A DNA stretch of 41,308 nt from assembly GCA_030618065.1 (NCBI GenBank), contig JAUXEE010000001.1, positions 1-41,308 of the forward strand, read 5' to 3'. This document shows, piece by piece, positions 23,329-32,666 of the stretch; within the stretch, counting starts at the first letter, position 1, and each line of letters opens with the position of its first letter. Both the position numbers and the translations under genes were made by a program. This stretch comes from Gemmatimonadota bacterium (GTDB lineage Bacteria > Gemmatimonadota > Gemmatimonadetes > Longimicrobiales > Gaopeijiaceae). Below the pieces are notes generated by a model, which saw only the letters and a list, made by a program, of their open reading frames with translations, searched no databases and was not told the origin of the DNA.

Positions 23329-24765
23329 ATGAGCAAAGAGCCCAGTAGCACCCGGAAGATCCTCCAAAGGATCAAAGACGAGGAGATCCGTTTCCTGGAT
23401 CTGAAGTTCGTCGACCTCTTTGGACAACTCCAGCATCTCACCATGCCGACGGAGGTGGTGGATGAAGGCACATTCCGGAGAGGGCTGAACTTCGACGGCT
23501 CGTCGGTCCGGGGATTCCAGAAGATCAGTGAAAGCGACATGATCCTGCTTCCCGATCCTTCCTCCGTCTTTCTGGATCCGTTCTTTGACGACAAAGCTCT
23601 TTCGGTCTTCTGCGATATCATCGATCCCAACGGATTCCAGCCCTATAGCAGGGACCCCCGGGGGGTGGCGCGGAAGGCACAAAGGCTCATTCAATCCCTG
23701 GGGATCGCGGATGACGCATTCTTCGGACCCGAGATCGAGTTCTTCATCTTCGATGACGTCCGCTTCGGCCAGGAAACCCAACAGGGTTACTACTTCCTGA
23801 ACAGTGACGCGGCCTTCTGGAGCACGGGGAAGGAGGGAGGGAAACCCAACCTCGGCCACCAAGCGGCCCAGAAGCACGCGTACTTTGCGGCTCCCCCGGT
23901 GGATCAGTACAACAACCTTCGGTCGAAGATTTCCAACGTACTGAAGGACACCGGGATCCAGACCGAACTTCACCACCATGAGGTTGGGGCTGCCGGCCAA
24001 TGCGAGATCGGGTTCCAGTTCGGTCCCCTTCTCCATCAGGCTGATGCAGCCATCAAGTACAAATTCGTGGTGAGGAATGTGGTGGCCCGGTACGGAAAGA
24101 GCGTCACCTTCATGCCCAAGCCCCTCCTTCATGAGAATGGCTCGGGGATGCACGTGAACATGAGCCTTTCCCAAGGCGGGAAGAACCTCTTCTTCTCCTC
24201 CGGGGGCTATGGGGACCTGAGTGAGTTGGCGCTGAACTACATCGGGGGCATCCTGGCTCATGCCCCTGCTCTGTGCGCGATCTGCTCTCCCACCACCAAC
24301 TCGTACCGGAGGCTCGTTCCGGGCTATGAAGCCCCCATGAACCTCTTGTATTCCATGCGGAATCGGAGTGCCTGCGTGCGGGTGCCCCTTTCTTCGGGGA
24401 ATCCCAAAACCACGCGGATCGAGTTCCGGACACCTGACGGGGCGGGGAATCCCTATCTGACCTTCGCGGCCATCCTCATGGCTGGCCTGGACGGAATCAG
24501 GAAGGGGATCACTCCGCCGGAACCGGTGGATCAGGACCTTTATGCCTGGGCTGAGACTGAAGCCGGGCGGTCCATTGGCAGAACCCCGGCCTCGTTGGAG
24601 GAGGCCATCGACGCCCTCGAAGGAGACCACGAGTTCCTGAAAGAGGGCGGAGTGTTTACGCAGGACCTGATCGAAACCTGGATTGACCTGAAACGGCGGG
24701 ATGAAATCGACTACATTCGCCTCCGGCCGCACCCGGGTGAATTCTCCCTTTATTACAACGTGTAG
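23329..24765 (+). CDS. glnA: Glutamine synthetase type I
   Basis: The product contains IRFLDLKFVDLFGQLQHLTMP, FDGSSVRGFQ, FGPEIEFFIFD, GSGMHVNMSL, NSYRRLVPGYEAP and RIEFRTPD, which are all GSI signatures. Confidence 0.95.
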   Translation: MSKEPSSTRKILQRIKDEEIRFLDLKFVDLFGQLQHLTMPTEVVDEGTFRRGLNFDGSSVRGFQKISESDMILLPDPSSVFLDPFFDDKALSVFCDIIDPNGFQPYSRDPRGVARKAQRLIQSLGIADDAFFGPEIEFFIFDDVRFGQETQQGYYFLNSDAAFWSTGKEGGKPNLGHQAAQKHAYFAAPPVDQYNNLRSKISNVLKDTGIQTELHHHEVGAAGQCEIGFQFGPLLHQADAAIKYKFVVRNVVARYGKSVTFMPKPLLHENGSGMHVNMSLSQGGKNLFFSSGGYGDLSELALNYIGGILAHAPALCAICSPTTNSYRRLVPGYEAPMNLLYSMRNRSACVRVPLSSGNPKTTRIEFRTPDGAGNPYLTFAAILMAGLDGIRKGITPPEPVDQDLYAWAETEAGRSIGRTPASLEEAIDALEGDHEFLKEGGVFTQDLIETWIDLKRRDEIDYIRLRPHPGEFSLYYNV

Positions 24766-24799
24766 GCGCACGATTCGAGGCTAGAGAGGACGAAGGGCC

Positions 24800-26092
24800 A
24801 TGGACCAGGCGCAAATGGTAGGCATCGGAATAGGGCTCGGAGCCCTCGCCATTTTCCTGTTTTTCGCCTTCATCAAGGCGAATATCATGATTTGCCACCC
24901 CAACGAGGTTCTGATCCTCTCGGGGCGGAAGAGGCGGGGTGCCGATGGGAGTGAAGTGGGATACCGGGTCATCCGGGGCGGCAGGGGTTTCAAATGGCCC
25001 TTCCTGGAATCCGTGAGCCGGCTATCCCTGAACACGCGGACCATCGATATACGCCCCCATAAGGCCCTTTGCGCCGGGATGATTCCGGTGGAGATCGAGG
25101 GGCGGGCCAACATTAAACTGGCGGGCCGTGAGGAATTAGGGCTGGAGAACGCCATCGAGCGATTCCTGGGGAAGGGCCCTGACGCCGTGGACAAGACAGC
25201 CCAACAGGTGCTGGAGGGAGCCCTTCGCGGCGTCATCGCCAAGGTGAGGCCAGAGGACGCCAACACCCAGCGCCTGGAGTTGGCCAAGGAGGTGAAGGAG
25301 CAGGCTCAGGCCGAGATGGCCCAACTCGGGATTGTCCTGGACTTCTTTCAGATTCACGACATCTCCGATGAACATGGCTACCTGGAAGCGATCGGACGGC
25401 AGCGGAATGCCGAGGTCCGACGGGATGCCAAGATCGCCGAGGCCGAGTCGGATGCCGACGCCCGGGTAGTTGCCGCCGAGCAGAAGATGAAAGGCCGGGA
25501 CGCAGAGATCGCGTCCGAGATGGAGATCATCCAGAAAGAGAATGCCCTGGCCGTAGAACAGGCGGAACTCCTGGCCAAGGTCAATGAGGCCGAAGAAAGG
25601 GCAGCTGTGGCGGGCCGTATCGCCCGGATCGAGGCTGAGGTAGAGGCTGAAAAGAAGAGGGTCGACCGGGCCGAGAAGCGCGAAGAGGCAAACACTCTCA
25701 TTCCCGCCCGGGCCAGGAAAGAGGCCCTTGCGCTGGAGGCCCAGGGCCTGGCCGCCAAGATCCTGGAGGACGGAAAAGCTACCGCCGAAGCGGTGAAGTT
25801 CATGCGGGCACAGTGGGAAGACGGTGAGACACAGGAGCTCTTCCTCATTCGCATGTTCCCGGAGCTCATGGACAAAGTGACCAGCACGTTGGCCGACAAC
25901 CTGAACGTCGAGCGTCTCACAATCCTGGATAGCGGAGAAGGAAACGGCATCCCCAGCTACGTCAAAAACATCACCAACAGCGCCATAATGATGATGGAGC
26001 AAATGAAAAACGCCACCGGGGTGGACCTTGCCCGCATCGCGAAACGGGCAGAGGATGGGAGATCCGAGGAACTACCGAAGGAGCTGGGGTAA
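24800..26092 (+). CDS. Flotillin-like SPFH/band-7 domain protein
   Basis: An N-terminal hairpin TM (IGIGLGALAIFLFFAFI) is followed by an SPFH core (VIRGGRGFKWPFLESVSRLSLNTRTIDI) and then a long Ala/Glu-rich coiled coil (EAESDADARVVAAEQKMKGRDAEIASEMEIIQKENALAVEQAELLAKVNEAEERA...). Confidence 0.85.
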   Translation: MDQAQMVGIGIGLGALAIFLFFAFIKANIMICHPNEVLILSGRKRRGADGSEVGYRVIRGGRGFKWPFLESVSRLSLNTRTIDIRPHKALCAGMIPVEIEGRANIKLAGREELGLENAIERFLGKGPDAVDKTAQQVLEGALRGVIAKVRPEDANTQRLELAKEVKEQAQAEMAQLGIVLDFFQIHDISDEHGYLEAIGRQRNAEVRRDAKIAEAESDADARVVAAEQKMKGRDAEIASEMEIIQKENALAVEQAELLAKVNEAEERAAVAGRIARIEAEVEAEKKRVDRAEKREEANTLIPARARKEALALEAQGLAAKILEDGKATAEAVKFMRAQWEDGETQELFLIRMFPELMDKVTSTLADNLNVERLTILDSGEGNGIPSYVKNITNSAIMMMEQMKNATGVDLARIAKRAEDGRSEELPKELG

Positions 26093-26152
26093 GCCTTTCG
26101 TGAACGCCTGATCAACCCCTGTGGGGCACCTTCCCCTTCAAATGCGCGGAAA

Positions 26153-26536
26153 ATGAAGAAAGAACTCGAAGAACTGATGAAAGCCCACGGGCTGACCGAA
26201 GACACCCTTCTGTACAGGGAAACCCTGAGTGAGTTCTTGAAGGATACCCCCTACCCGGGCATGTACGGTCTTTCCGCGAATGACGACCCGACTGAGGCAG
26301 TCGTTGACCTTTACGAGGGAGGCAGCATCGCCCTCGCGGCCCAGATCGGGCAGGGGCTTGGCTTCGCCGAGGCCCGAGAAAACCAATGGCAAGGTGAGGA
26401 CCGGGTGACCGTAGCCGTGCGACTGGGTGATGTCCTCGCCCAGGGTGGCTTGATCTACCCGGTGGAGTCTGTGATCACCGAGAAGATCTGGTATCTCACG
26501 ATTCCCGAGGGCCAGGTGATCGTTCGGAAGATCTAG
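26153..26536 (+). CDS. Hypothetical cytoplasmic protein (127 aa)
   Basis: The amino-acid composition is balanced (MKKELEELMKAHGLTEDTLLYRETLSEFLKDTPYPGMYG...) and third codon positions are GC-rich. The overlapping minus-strand ORF is Arg/Gly/Pro-rich junk. I did not recognise any family. Confidence 0.5.
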   Translation: MKKELEELMKAHGLTEDTLLYRETLSEFLKDTPYPGMYGLSANDDPTEAVVDLYEGGSIALAAQIGQGLGFAEARENQWQGEDRVTVAVRLGDVLAQGGLIYPVESVITEKIWYLTIPEGQVIVRKI

Positions 26537-26590
26537 GACCTCCGCATAACCCTCGCCCCGCTTTCTCCTCCTCCGCCCAGGGCCGAGCCT

Positions 26591-26621
26591 CCAGTCAGGC
26601 CACGGCCCCTGGGGTCTTTTT
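26591..26621 (+). terminator. Possible intrinsic terminator after the 127-aa ORF
   Basis: CCAG-tca-GGCC-ac-GGCC-c-CTGG forms an imperfect GC-rich stem, followed by ggtcTTTTT. This is the only clear T-run after a stem that I saw in the window. Confidence 0.4.
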
Positions 26622-26642
26622 GCATCATAGGATCCGCTTGAC

Positions 26643-27803
26643 ATGAAGAGCCCAAGACAGCTTCTTTTGCGCCCCTCAGACGTGAGCCTTTTGGTGGGAT
26701 TAGCCATACTCCTGCCTATGCACGGCCTAGCCGCTCAGGAGTCATCCTCCGAACCGGAGCCAAGCCTGGATTTGGGTGGGGCTCTTCGGCTCAACTACTC
26801 CTGGCAGGACTACAACCCGGAGCGGAAAGACCGGTACGGGGACTTCGGCCTCGAGGTTTTCATGGCCACCGTAGAGGCGGACTACGGCGACATCTTCCTC
26901 TCCGCCCAGTACCGGTGGTACGCCGACTTCGAAGCCATCAAGTGGGGGTATGTGGGGTTCAGGGTGGATCCCGACCTGGAAGCCCATCTGGGAATATCCC
27001 AAGTGCCCTTTGGGATCCTCCCTTGGGCCTCCCACAGCTTCTGGTTTGGTGCTACGTATTACATGGGTTTCGAGGACGACTACGACGCAGGCGTGAAGGT
27101 CCTCTACCGAGATGGCCCCTGGGACCTCCAGGCAGCATTCTACAAGAACGACGAATATGTGGATGCCTCCAGGGCGGACCGATACTCCTTCGACCTCGTG
27201 ACGGGGGAGGATCAAGCAAACAGGGAGATAAATCAGGTTAACCTTCGGGTAGCCCGGAAGTGGACGCTGTCTGACGCCTCCTTTATCGATGTGGGAACCT
27301 CCTTCATGTTGGGCGGGATCTACAACGAGACGACAAAGGAGACCGGACGCCGCCACGCCGCAGCTGTCCATGCCGATGGTCGATTCGGGAATTGGAACCT
27401 TCAGATCGAGGCCATGCGATACCAGTTCAATCCGAAGAACCCTCCGGAGGTTGATTCCCGGTTCGTTCAGTTGGCTGGTTTCCGCTTCCCTTTTCTAATG
27501 GCTGCAGAGGGCTCCGAGCTCACCCTGAACCTCGCCAGGGATTTCAAACCCGGCCGTCGCTTTCTGGAGGACGCAACCTGTTACACCGACTTTAGCGCGG
27601 TGGCTCCCAGGGCATCGGAATTGGACTCGTCCATCCAGATCGTCACCGGATGCCTCTTCATGAAGGGCGGCCTGTTTACTTATGTGGACTGGATCACAGG
27701 CCGTAACATGTGGTTTGCCGGGGGCCCAGGGATTGGCCTGGAGTCCGTGGACCCTGATCCTTGGAAGGGTCGACTCAACATCAACCTGGGCTTCTACTTC
27801 TAG
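26643..27803 (+). CDS. Porin-like outer-membrane beta-barrel protein
   Basis: The signal peptide ends LLVGLAILLPMHGLAAQ. Alternating hydrophobic/aromatic beta-strand patterning runs throughout, and the C-terminus is NINLGFYF (the terminal Phe is typical of BAM substrates). Confidence 0.6.
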   Translation: MKSPRQLLLRPSDVSLLVGLAILLPMHGLAAQESSSEPEPSLDLGGALRLNYSWQDYNPERKDRYGDFGLEVFMATVEADYGDIFLSAQYRWYADFEAIKWGYVGFRVDPDLEAHLGISQVPFGILPWASHSFWFGATYYMGFEDDYDAGVKVLYRDGPWDLQAAFYKNDEYVDASRADRYSFDLVTGEDQANREINQVNLRVARKWTLSDASFIDVGTSFMLGGIYNETTKETGRRHAAAVHADGRFGNWNLQIEAMRYQFNPKNPPEVDSRFVQLAGFRFPFLMAAEGSELTLNLARDFKPGRRFLEDATCYTDFSAVAPRASELDSSIQIVTGCLFMKGGLFTYVDWITGRNMWFAGGPGIGLESVDPDPWKGRLNINLGFYF

Positions 27804-27819
27804 GAGTCGGGAACCTGAC

Positions 27820-30800
27820 ATGAACCGCATCGCCTCTTTGCTTGGCAGGCTGTTCCTAGCGGTCCTGATCCTTTTGCCGGGCCAGAGTGCCTTTGGCCAG
27901 GAGGCCAACCAGCTTGGCCTTACGGCTGAGGAGCAGGGATGGCTTCAGGCGAACACGGTCCGGGTCGGCCCCGCCCCCAACTTCCCACCCGTGGAATTTT
28001 TCCACGCCGATGGGGTGTATCGGGGGATCGTCGCGGACTACGCCGCCCTCATCCAGGAGAGGCTGGGAACGACTTTCCAGATCGAGCAAAGAGCCAACTG
28101 GAGTGAGGTCGTTGAGGGAACCCTCCAGGGGGAGATCGACGTCTGGTTCGAGGCTGCGGCCACGGATGAGCGCCGGGAGTACATGCTCTTCACCGAGCCC
28201 TACCTCAGGCTTCCTTCCGTGATCATCGTCCGGGACTCTGATAGGGGGTCCCTGACGGTGGATGACTTGGCCGGACTTCGGGTAGCCGCCGTTGAGGGTT
28301 ACGCCGTGGTGGACTACCTCCGGGAGCGGACGCCTGGCGTCGAGTTGGTGATGGTGGAGAGCATCGCTGCCGGCCTTGAACGCTTGGCTTTCGGGGGGGT
28401 GGAAGCCCTGGTGGCCGGCAGTGCCCAGGCCAGCTACTACATCGAAGAGCTGGGCCTCACCAACTTGAGGGTCGCCGGCGAATCAGGGTGGGAATGGGAG
28501 CTGTCTATCGGGGTTCGGCGGGAACTTCCCCTTCTGTTCGAGGCCCTTGGAAAGGCCCTGAACTCCATCAGTCCAGACGAACGCCGGGCCATCTTCCGCA
28601 GGTGGGTCTCCCTCCAGGCCGAAGAGTCCACAGGGACCGGAATCCCCCCCTGGGTATTGGGCTTGGCCGGGTTGGCTTCTCTCTTTCTCCTCTTCCTCCT
28701 GTTCGCCCGTGGAGGAAAAGACACCGACCTCCGCATCCGAAAGAGCCGGGGAGACTGGATCGTCCACGGCGCGGGTTTGGCAACCATCATCATCGTGGTC
28801 GTAGTCGCCTTCTGGGCGCGGACTCGCATCTCGGAGCGGATGACCGAGGACGTAGGGGACGCCCTCCAGACCGTGTTGAATACCACCAGTCAGGCGGTAA
28901 ACCAGTGGCTGCGGGGGCTCGAGACCGAAGTGGAGATCTGGAGCAGGGACGCCAGCACCCTCATGGCCTGTCGGGCTACGGCCGGCTCCGTGAGCGTTGG
29001 AGGAGGCATCGTCAACGCTGAGGAACAGACGCTGGCCGAGCACCTGAGTCCAGTGATGGATGCTCGGGGGCTCAAGGGGTACCTCCTCCTCGATGCTGAC
29101 GGGACCGTATCGAGCGGATACCCGACGGAGCTGATTGGGTCGCCCTTCTCCGCAGGGCCTTCGAGGGAGTTCCTGGACCGAGTGAGTCAGGCGGTGGGAG
29201 GCAGCGTTGTCGCGCTCCCTGATTTTTTCGATTTCTGGGAAGAACGGGTGGAAGCATCCGATGCCCTCGTGTTGATTGGATCGAGAGTCGGAGGCGATCA
29301 GCTCGGGCCCTCCTGCACCCTGGTGTTCCTTGTGGATCCGGAAGACGACTTCAGCGCCATTCTCCAGAGGGGCCGGATCGGAGAGTCCGGTGAGAGCTAC
29401 GCCTTCGATGGTGAAGGTCGTCTTCTCAGCGCCAGCCGGTTCGAGGACGATCTCCGGGCCATCGGGCTCGTTGAGGGTGGAGATCATGGAATCCTGGGAG
29501 TCCAGATCCGGGATCCCGGTGGAAACATGGTCGGTGGCTTCCTGCCCGAGACCCCCCGGAGTGAGCAACCTCTGACGCTCATGGCCGAGAGCGCCATGAG
29601 CGGAGGGCGGGGGTCCAATCTGGAGGGGTACCGGGACTATCGGGGGGTTCCTGTCATTGGTGCCTGGACCTGGGATGAGATCACCGGTCTCGGAATCGCG
29701 ACAGAATTGGATGTGAGCGAGGCGTACGCGTCTCTGTTTTGGGTCCGCCGCACCTTCCTCACAGGAGCTGCTGTGGTATCCTGCCTTATTCTCCTGCTCA
29801 TGGCCACTTTCCGGGCCGATAGCCTCAGGCGGCACAGAATGGGTTCGCGCCTCAGGCGCCAATCCACGGCCCTCGAGGCGGCCGTTGATGGCATCGTCAT
29901 CACGGAGACCGACGGGGCCATAGTCTGGGTGAACCCGGCATTCGAGGCTCTCACGGGTTACACCTTCGACGAGGCGGTAGGCGGGAATCCTCGGGTTCTC
30001 AAGTCCGGGACCCACGACGAAGCTTTCTACAAACAGATGTGGGAAACGGTCTCCAGAGGGGATGTCTGGACCGGGGAAGTAGTGAACCGGAGAAAGGACG
30101 GATCTCTCTACACCGAGGAGATGTCCATCACCCCTGTGGAGGACCATCGGGGTGAAGTCGTGAACTACGTGGCCATCAAACGAGACATCTCAGAGCGGAA
30201 GGCCATGGAGGCCGAGCTGGAGCAGGCTCGTCATCGAATGGAGGATGAACTCAACGTGGGTCGTGAGATCCAGATGAGCATGCTCCCTCTCATCTTCCCT
30301 CCCTTCCCCGACAGGCCTGAGTTCGAAGTGCATGCCGCCCTCCAACCGGCCCGAGAGGTGGGTGGTGACTTCTACGCCTTCTTCTTGTTGGACGAAGACC
30401 ACTTCTGTTTCTGCGTCGGTGATGTGTCGGGTAAAGGTGTGCCCGCAGCGCTCTTTATGGCTGTCACCAAGACACTCATCGAATCCCGAACCCGCACCGA
30501 CTACTCTCCGGCGAGCGTGCTGACCCACGTGAACGACGAGATCAGCCGAAACAACGACGCGTGCATGTTCGTGACCATTTTCCTGGGCATCCTGGACCTC
30601 AGGTCCGGGACCGTGGTCTTCACCAATGCTGGGCACAATCCTCCGTATATTCGGCGACCGGACGGCTCCGTGGAGTGCCTGGCCCAACGTCATGGGCCGG
30701 TGGTGGGAGCGGTGGACGGCACGGTCTACTCCGAGGATTCCATCACTCTGGCCAGCCAGGACCAGTTGGTCCTCTTTACCGACGGCGTTACGGAGGCCAT

Positions 30801-31404
30801 GGACCCCGCGGGGGCTCTCTACGGAGAGGGTCGCCTCGAAGAGCTGCTGCGGTGTGAGGGCCTGGACTCGACCCAGGCGGCGGTATCTGCGGTGATGAAG
30901 GGTGTCGAAGCTTTTGAGGGGTCCGCGGAACAGGCCGATGACATCACCCTCCTCTCAGTCCAGTTCGCCGGCAGGAGCAACGCGGGGGAGAAAGCAGTCC
31001 TGGAGGTTACGCTCAAGAACCGACTGGACGAGTTGGAAAGGGTGAGGGTAGCAGCCGAAGAGTTCATGGGAACCAGTGGGGTTCCCGTAGCCGCCCAGAG
31101 GTCGGTGGCAATCGCCCTCGATGAACTCCTGAACAACACCATCTCGTACGGATACCCGGACGATGCCGATCGAGAAATAGACGTGCGGATGGAGGTGGAC
31201 CGATCCAGGCTCTCCATCGTCATCCGGGACGATGGCATCCCCTTCAATCCATTGAACGCACCTGAACCCTCCACGGCCCTCTCCCTGGAGGATCGTGAGC
31301 CAGGGGGTTTGGGTCTCCACCTTGTTCGGAAGATGATGGACGACGTGTCTTACCAGAGGCTCCCTAACAAGAACGTCGTCACCTTGGTGAAGCGGTTCGA
31401 CTGA
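27820..31404 (+). CDS. Transmembrane sensor: periplasmic SBP_bac_3 domain, 2 TM, Cache-like periplasmic domain, TM, PAS, PP2C (SpoIIE) phosphatase, RsbW-like HATPase_c_2 kinase
   Basis: The start is MNRIASLLGRLFLAVLILLPGQSAFGQ. The SBP3 part reads VRVGPAPNFPPVEFFHADGVYRGIVADY...LFTEPYL. The Cache-like part reads YRDYRGVPVIGAWTWDEITGLGIATELDVSEA. The PAS part reads LEAAVDGIVITETDGAIVWVNPAFEALTGY...VNYVAIKRDISERK. The PP2C and kinase portions are collinear paralogues of the 12415-14106 protein (for example CVGDVSGKGVPAALFMAVTKTLIESR and LDELLNNTISYG). Confidence 0.85.
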   Translation: MNRIASLLGRLFLAVLILLPGQSAFGQEANQLGLTAEEQGWLQANTVRVGPAPNFPPVEFFHADGVYRGIVADYAALIQERLGTTFQIEQRANWSEVVEGTLQGEIDVWFEAAATDERREYMLFTEPYLRLPSVIIVRDSDRGSLTVDDLAGLRVAAVEGYAVVDYLRERTPGVELVMVESIAAGLERLAFGGVEALVAGSAQASYYIEELGLTNLRVAGESGWEWELSIGVRRELPLLFEALGKALNSISPDERRAIFRRWVSLQAEESTGTGIPPWVLGLAGLASLFLLFLLFARGGKDTDLRIRKSRGDWIVHGAGLATIIIVVVVAFWARTRISERMTEDVGDALQTVLNTTSQAVNQWLRGLETEVEIWSRDASTLMACRATAGSVSVGGGIVNAEEQTLAEHLSPVMDARGLKGYLLLDADGTVSSGYPTELIGSPFSAGPSREFLDRVSQAVGGSVVALPDFFDFWEERVEASDALVLIGSRVGGDQLGPSCTLVFLVDPEDDFSAILQRGRIGESGESYAFDGEGRLLSASRFEDDLRAIGLVEGGDHGILGVQIRDPGGNMVGGFLPETPRSEQPLTLMAESAMSGGRGSNLEGYRDYRGVPVIGAWTWDEITGLGIATELDVSEAYASLFWVRRTFLTGAAVVSCLILLLMATFRADSLRRHRMGSRLRRQSTALEAAVDGIVITETDGAIVWVNPAFEALTGYTFDEAVGGNPRVLKSGTHDEAFYKQMWETVSRGDVWTGEVVNRRKDGSLYTEEMSITPVEDHRGEVVNYVAIKRDISERKAMEAELEQARHRMEDELNVGREIQMSMLPLIFPPFPDRPEFEVHAALQPAREVGGDFYAFFLLDEDHFCFCVGDVSGKGVPAALFMAVTKTLIESRTRTDYSPASVLTHVNDEISRNNDACMFVTIFLGILDLRSGTVVFTNAGHNPPYIRRPDGSVECLAQRHGPVVGAVDGTVYSEDSITLASQDQLVLFTDGVTEAMDPAGALYGEGRLEELLRCEGLDSTQAAVSAVMKGVEAFEGSAEQADDITLLSVQFAGRSNAGEKAVLEVTLKNRLDELERVRVAAEEFMGTSGVPVAAQRSVAIALDELLNNTISYGYPDDADREIDVRMEVDRSRLSIVIRDDGIPFNPLNAPEPSTALSLEDREPGGLGLHLVRKMMDDVSYQRLPNKNVVTLVKRFD

Positions 31405-31431
31405 GGGAGGTATGACCCACCCCGGAGAACC

Positions 31432-31455
31432 CCAGAAGACCGATCGGCCTTCTGG
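31432..31455. terminator. Hairpin in the 55-bp convergent gap (candidate bidirectional terminator)
   Basis: CCAGAAGaCCGATCGGcCTTCTGG is a near-perfect 24-nt palindrome with one mismatch. It lies between the stop at 31402-31404 (+) and the stop at 31460-31462 (-). There is no U-tract on either side. Confidence 0.4.
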
Positions 31456-31459
31456 ACCC

Positions 31460-32572
31460 TCAGCCTCCCGGCAGGAATGTCGCCAGCACCGCATCGCTCA
31501 GACGGCTGGAGTTCCCCCTGTATCGGTTCGCGAAAACGATGATGGCCACCTCTTCTTCAGGGACGCGGAAGAATCTCGCCACAAACCCTGCCACCATTCC
31601 GCCGTGTCCCACGGTCCGATGCCCTTGATACTCCCCGATGCTCCAGCCGAACCCATAGGTGGTATTCCGCCCATCCGGCAGGATGGTCGGAGTCCACATG
31701 GCCTCCTTGGATTCGCCTGAGAGGAGCCGGGTGCCGTAAAGCGCTTCGTCCCACTTCACCATGTCATGGACGGTGGAGACGATGCCCCCTGCGCCCAGGG
31801 TGGAGGAAGTCTGGGTGGGATCGCGGTTCACCAAATGCCCCGTCCCGTCCACATGGTAGCCAGCGGCCCGATGGGCGATGATGCGCTCCGGATCGGCCAT
31901 GCGAGTCTGGGTCATCCCCAGGGGTCCGAAGATCCGGGTCTGGAGTAGCTGCCCAAGGGGACGACCCTCGATGCGCTCCACGATGAGGCTCAAGAGGAAG
32001 TAGCCGGTGTTGGAGTAGTACCATCCGGTTCCCGGCTCGAAATCCATGGGTCTTGTGTGAGCCACCCGGATGATCTCCTCCGGCGTGAAGCGGAACCGGT
32101 ACGCCTCGTAGGTCTGGATCTCCTCGTAGTCCGGGATGCCGGAGGTGTGGGTGAGGAGCTGTCGGATCGTCACTCCCAGCCACTCGCTGGGGAGGTCTGC
32201 CAGGTACTCATGAATGGGATCGTCCAGCCCCAGCCTCCCCTCTTCCACCAGGAGCATGGCGGCAGCGGCGACGAACGCCTTGCTGATGGACCCTATCTCG
32301 AAGACGGTGCTGTCCGTGGCGGGAACCCGGAGTTCCACGTTCGCCAGCCCGTAACCTTTCCAGAATACCAACCGCCCCCTCGAGGCCACCCCGATGACCA
32401 CGCCGGGAATGTTGAATTCCGCCATGTCGGCCTCGATGCGCCGGTCCAACTCCGCCAACCCGTCCGCTGTGGGCTGGATGAGCTGCGCTGAAAGGGGAGA
32501 TGTGAGACCTGCGGTGATGACCAATAGTGCCGGTGCATAGGAAAGGATTCTGCCTGCGAAGTTCCTGAACAT
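31460..32572 (-). CDS. Serine hydrolase of the beta-lactamase/PBP4* (class C-like) family, secreted
   Basis: The product starts MFRNFAGRILSYAPALLVITAGLTSPLSAQ (signal peptide). It carries SxxK (GSISKAF), YxN (YSNTGY) and HGG (VGHGGMVAGF) motifs. The ATG at 32572 is preferred over the upstream track start. Confidence 0.85.
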   Translation of the reverse strand: MFRNFAGRILSYAPALLVITAGLTSPLSAQLIQPTADGLAELDRRIEADMAEFNIPGVVIGVASRGRLVFWKGYGLANVELRVPATDSTVFEIGSISKAFVAAAAMLLVEEGRLGLDDPIHEYLADLPSEWLGVTIRQLLTHTSGIPDYEEIQTYEAYRFRFTPEEIIRVAHTRPMDFEPGTGWYYSNTGYFLLSLIVERIEGRPLGQLLQTRIFGPLGMTQTRMADPERIIAHRAAGYHVDGTGHLVNRDPTQTSSTLGAGGIVSTVHDMVKWDEALYGTRLLSGESKEAMWTPTILPDGRNTTYGFGWSIGEYQGHRTVGHGGMVAGFVARFFRVPEEEVAIIVFANRYRGNSSRLSDAVLATFLPGG

Positions 32573-32666
32573 GAGATTCGACTCCGAGTTGGAGACGGGG
32601 TGTTTGTCCAGGATGTTAGGTGTATCGGACCACAACGGCCACTCGATCTCACCCGGTGAAAGACCA

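Noticed and set aside
23248-24771. 507-aa ORF on the minus strand spanning all of glnA
   Set aside because: This is a shadow ORF of a high-GC gene. Its product is Arg/Gly/Pro/Val-rich with no recognisable motifs, whereas the plus strand encodes a textbook glutamine synthetase.
26138-26707. 189-aa minus-strand ORF overlapping the 127-aa hypothetical gene
   Set aside because: Its product is Arg/Gly/Pro-rich and would run through the putative terminator and the porin start. The plus-strand ORF has more protein-like composition and codon bias.
28483-30147. 554-aa minus-strand ORF inside the sensor phosphatase-kinase gene
   Set aside because: It is an antisense shadow ORF. The plus strand shows SBP, Cache, PAS and PP2C motifs in frame.
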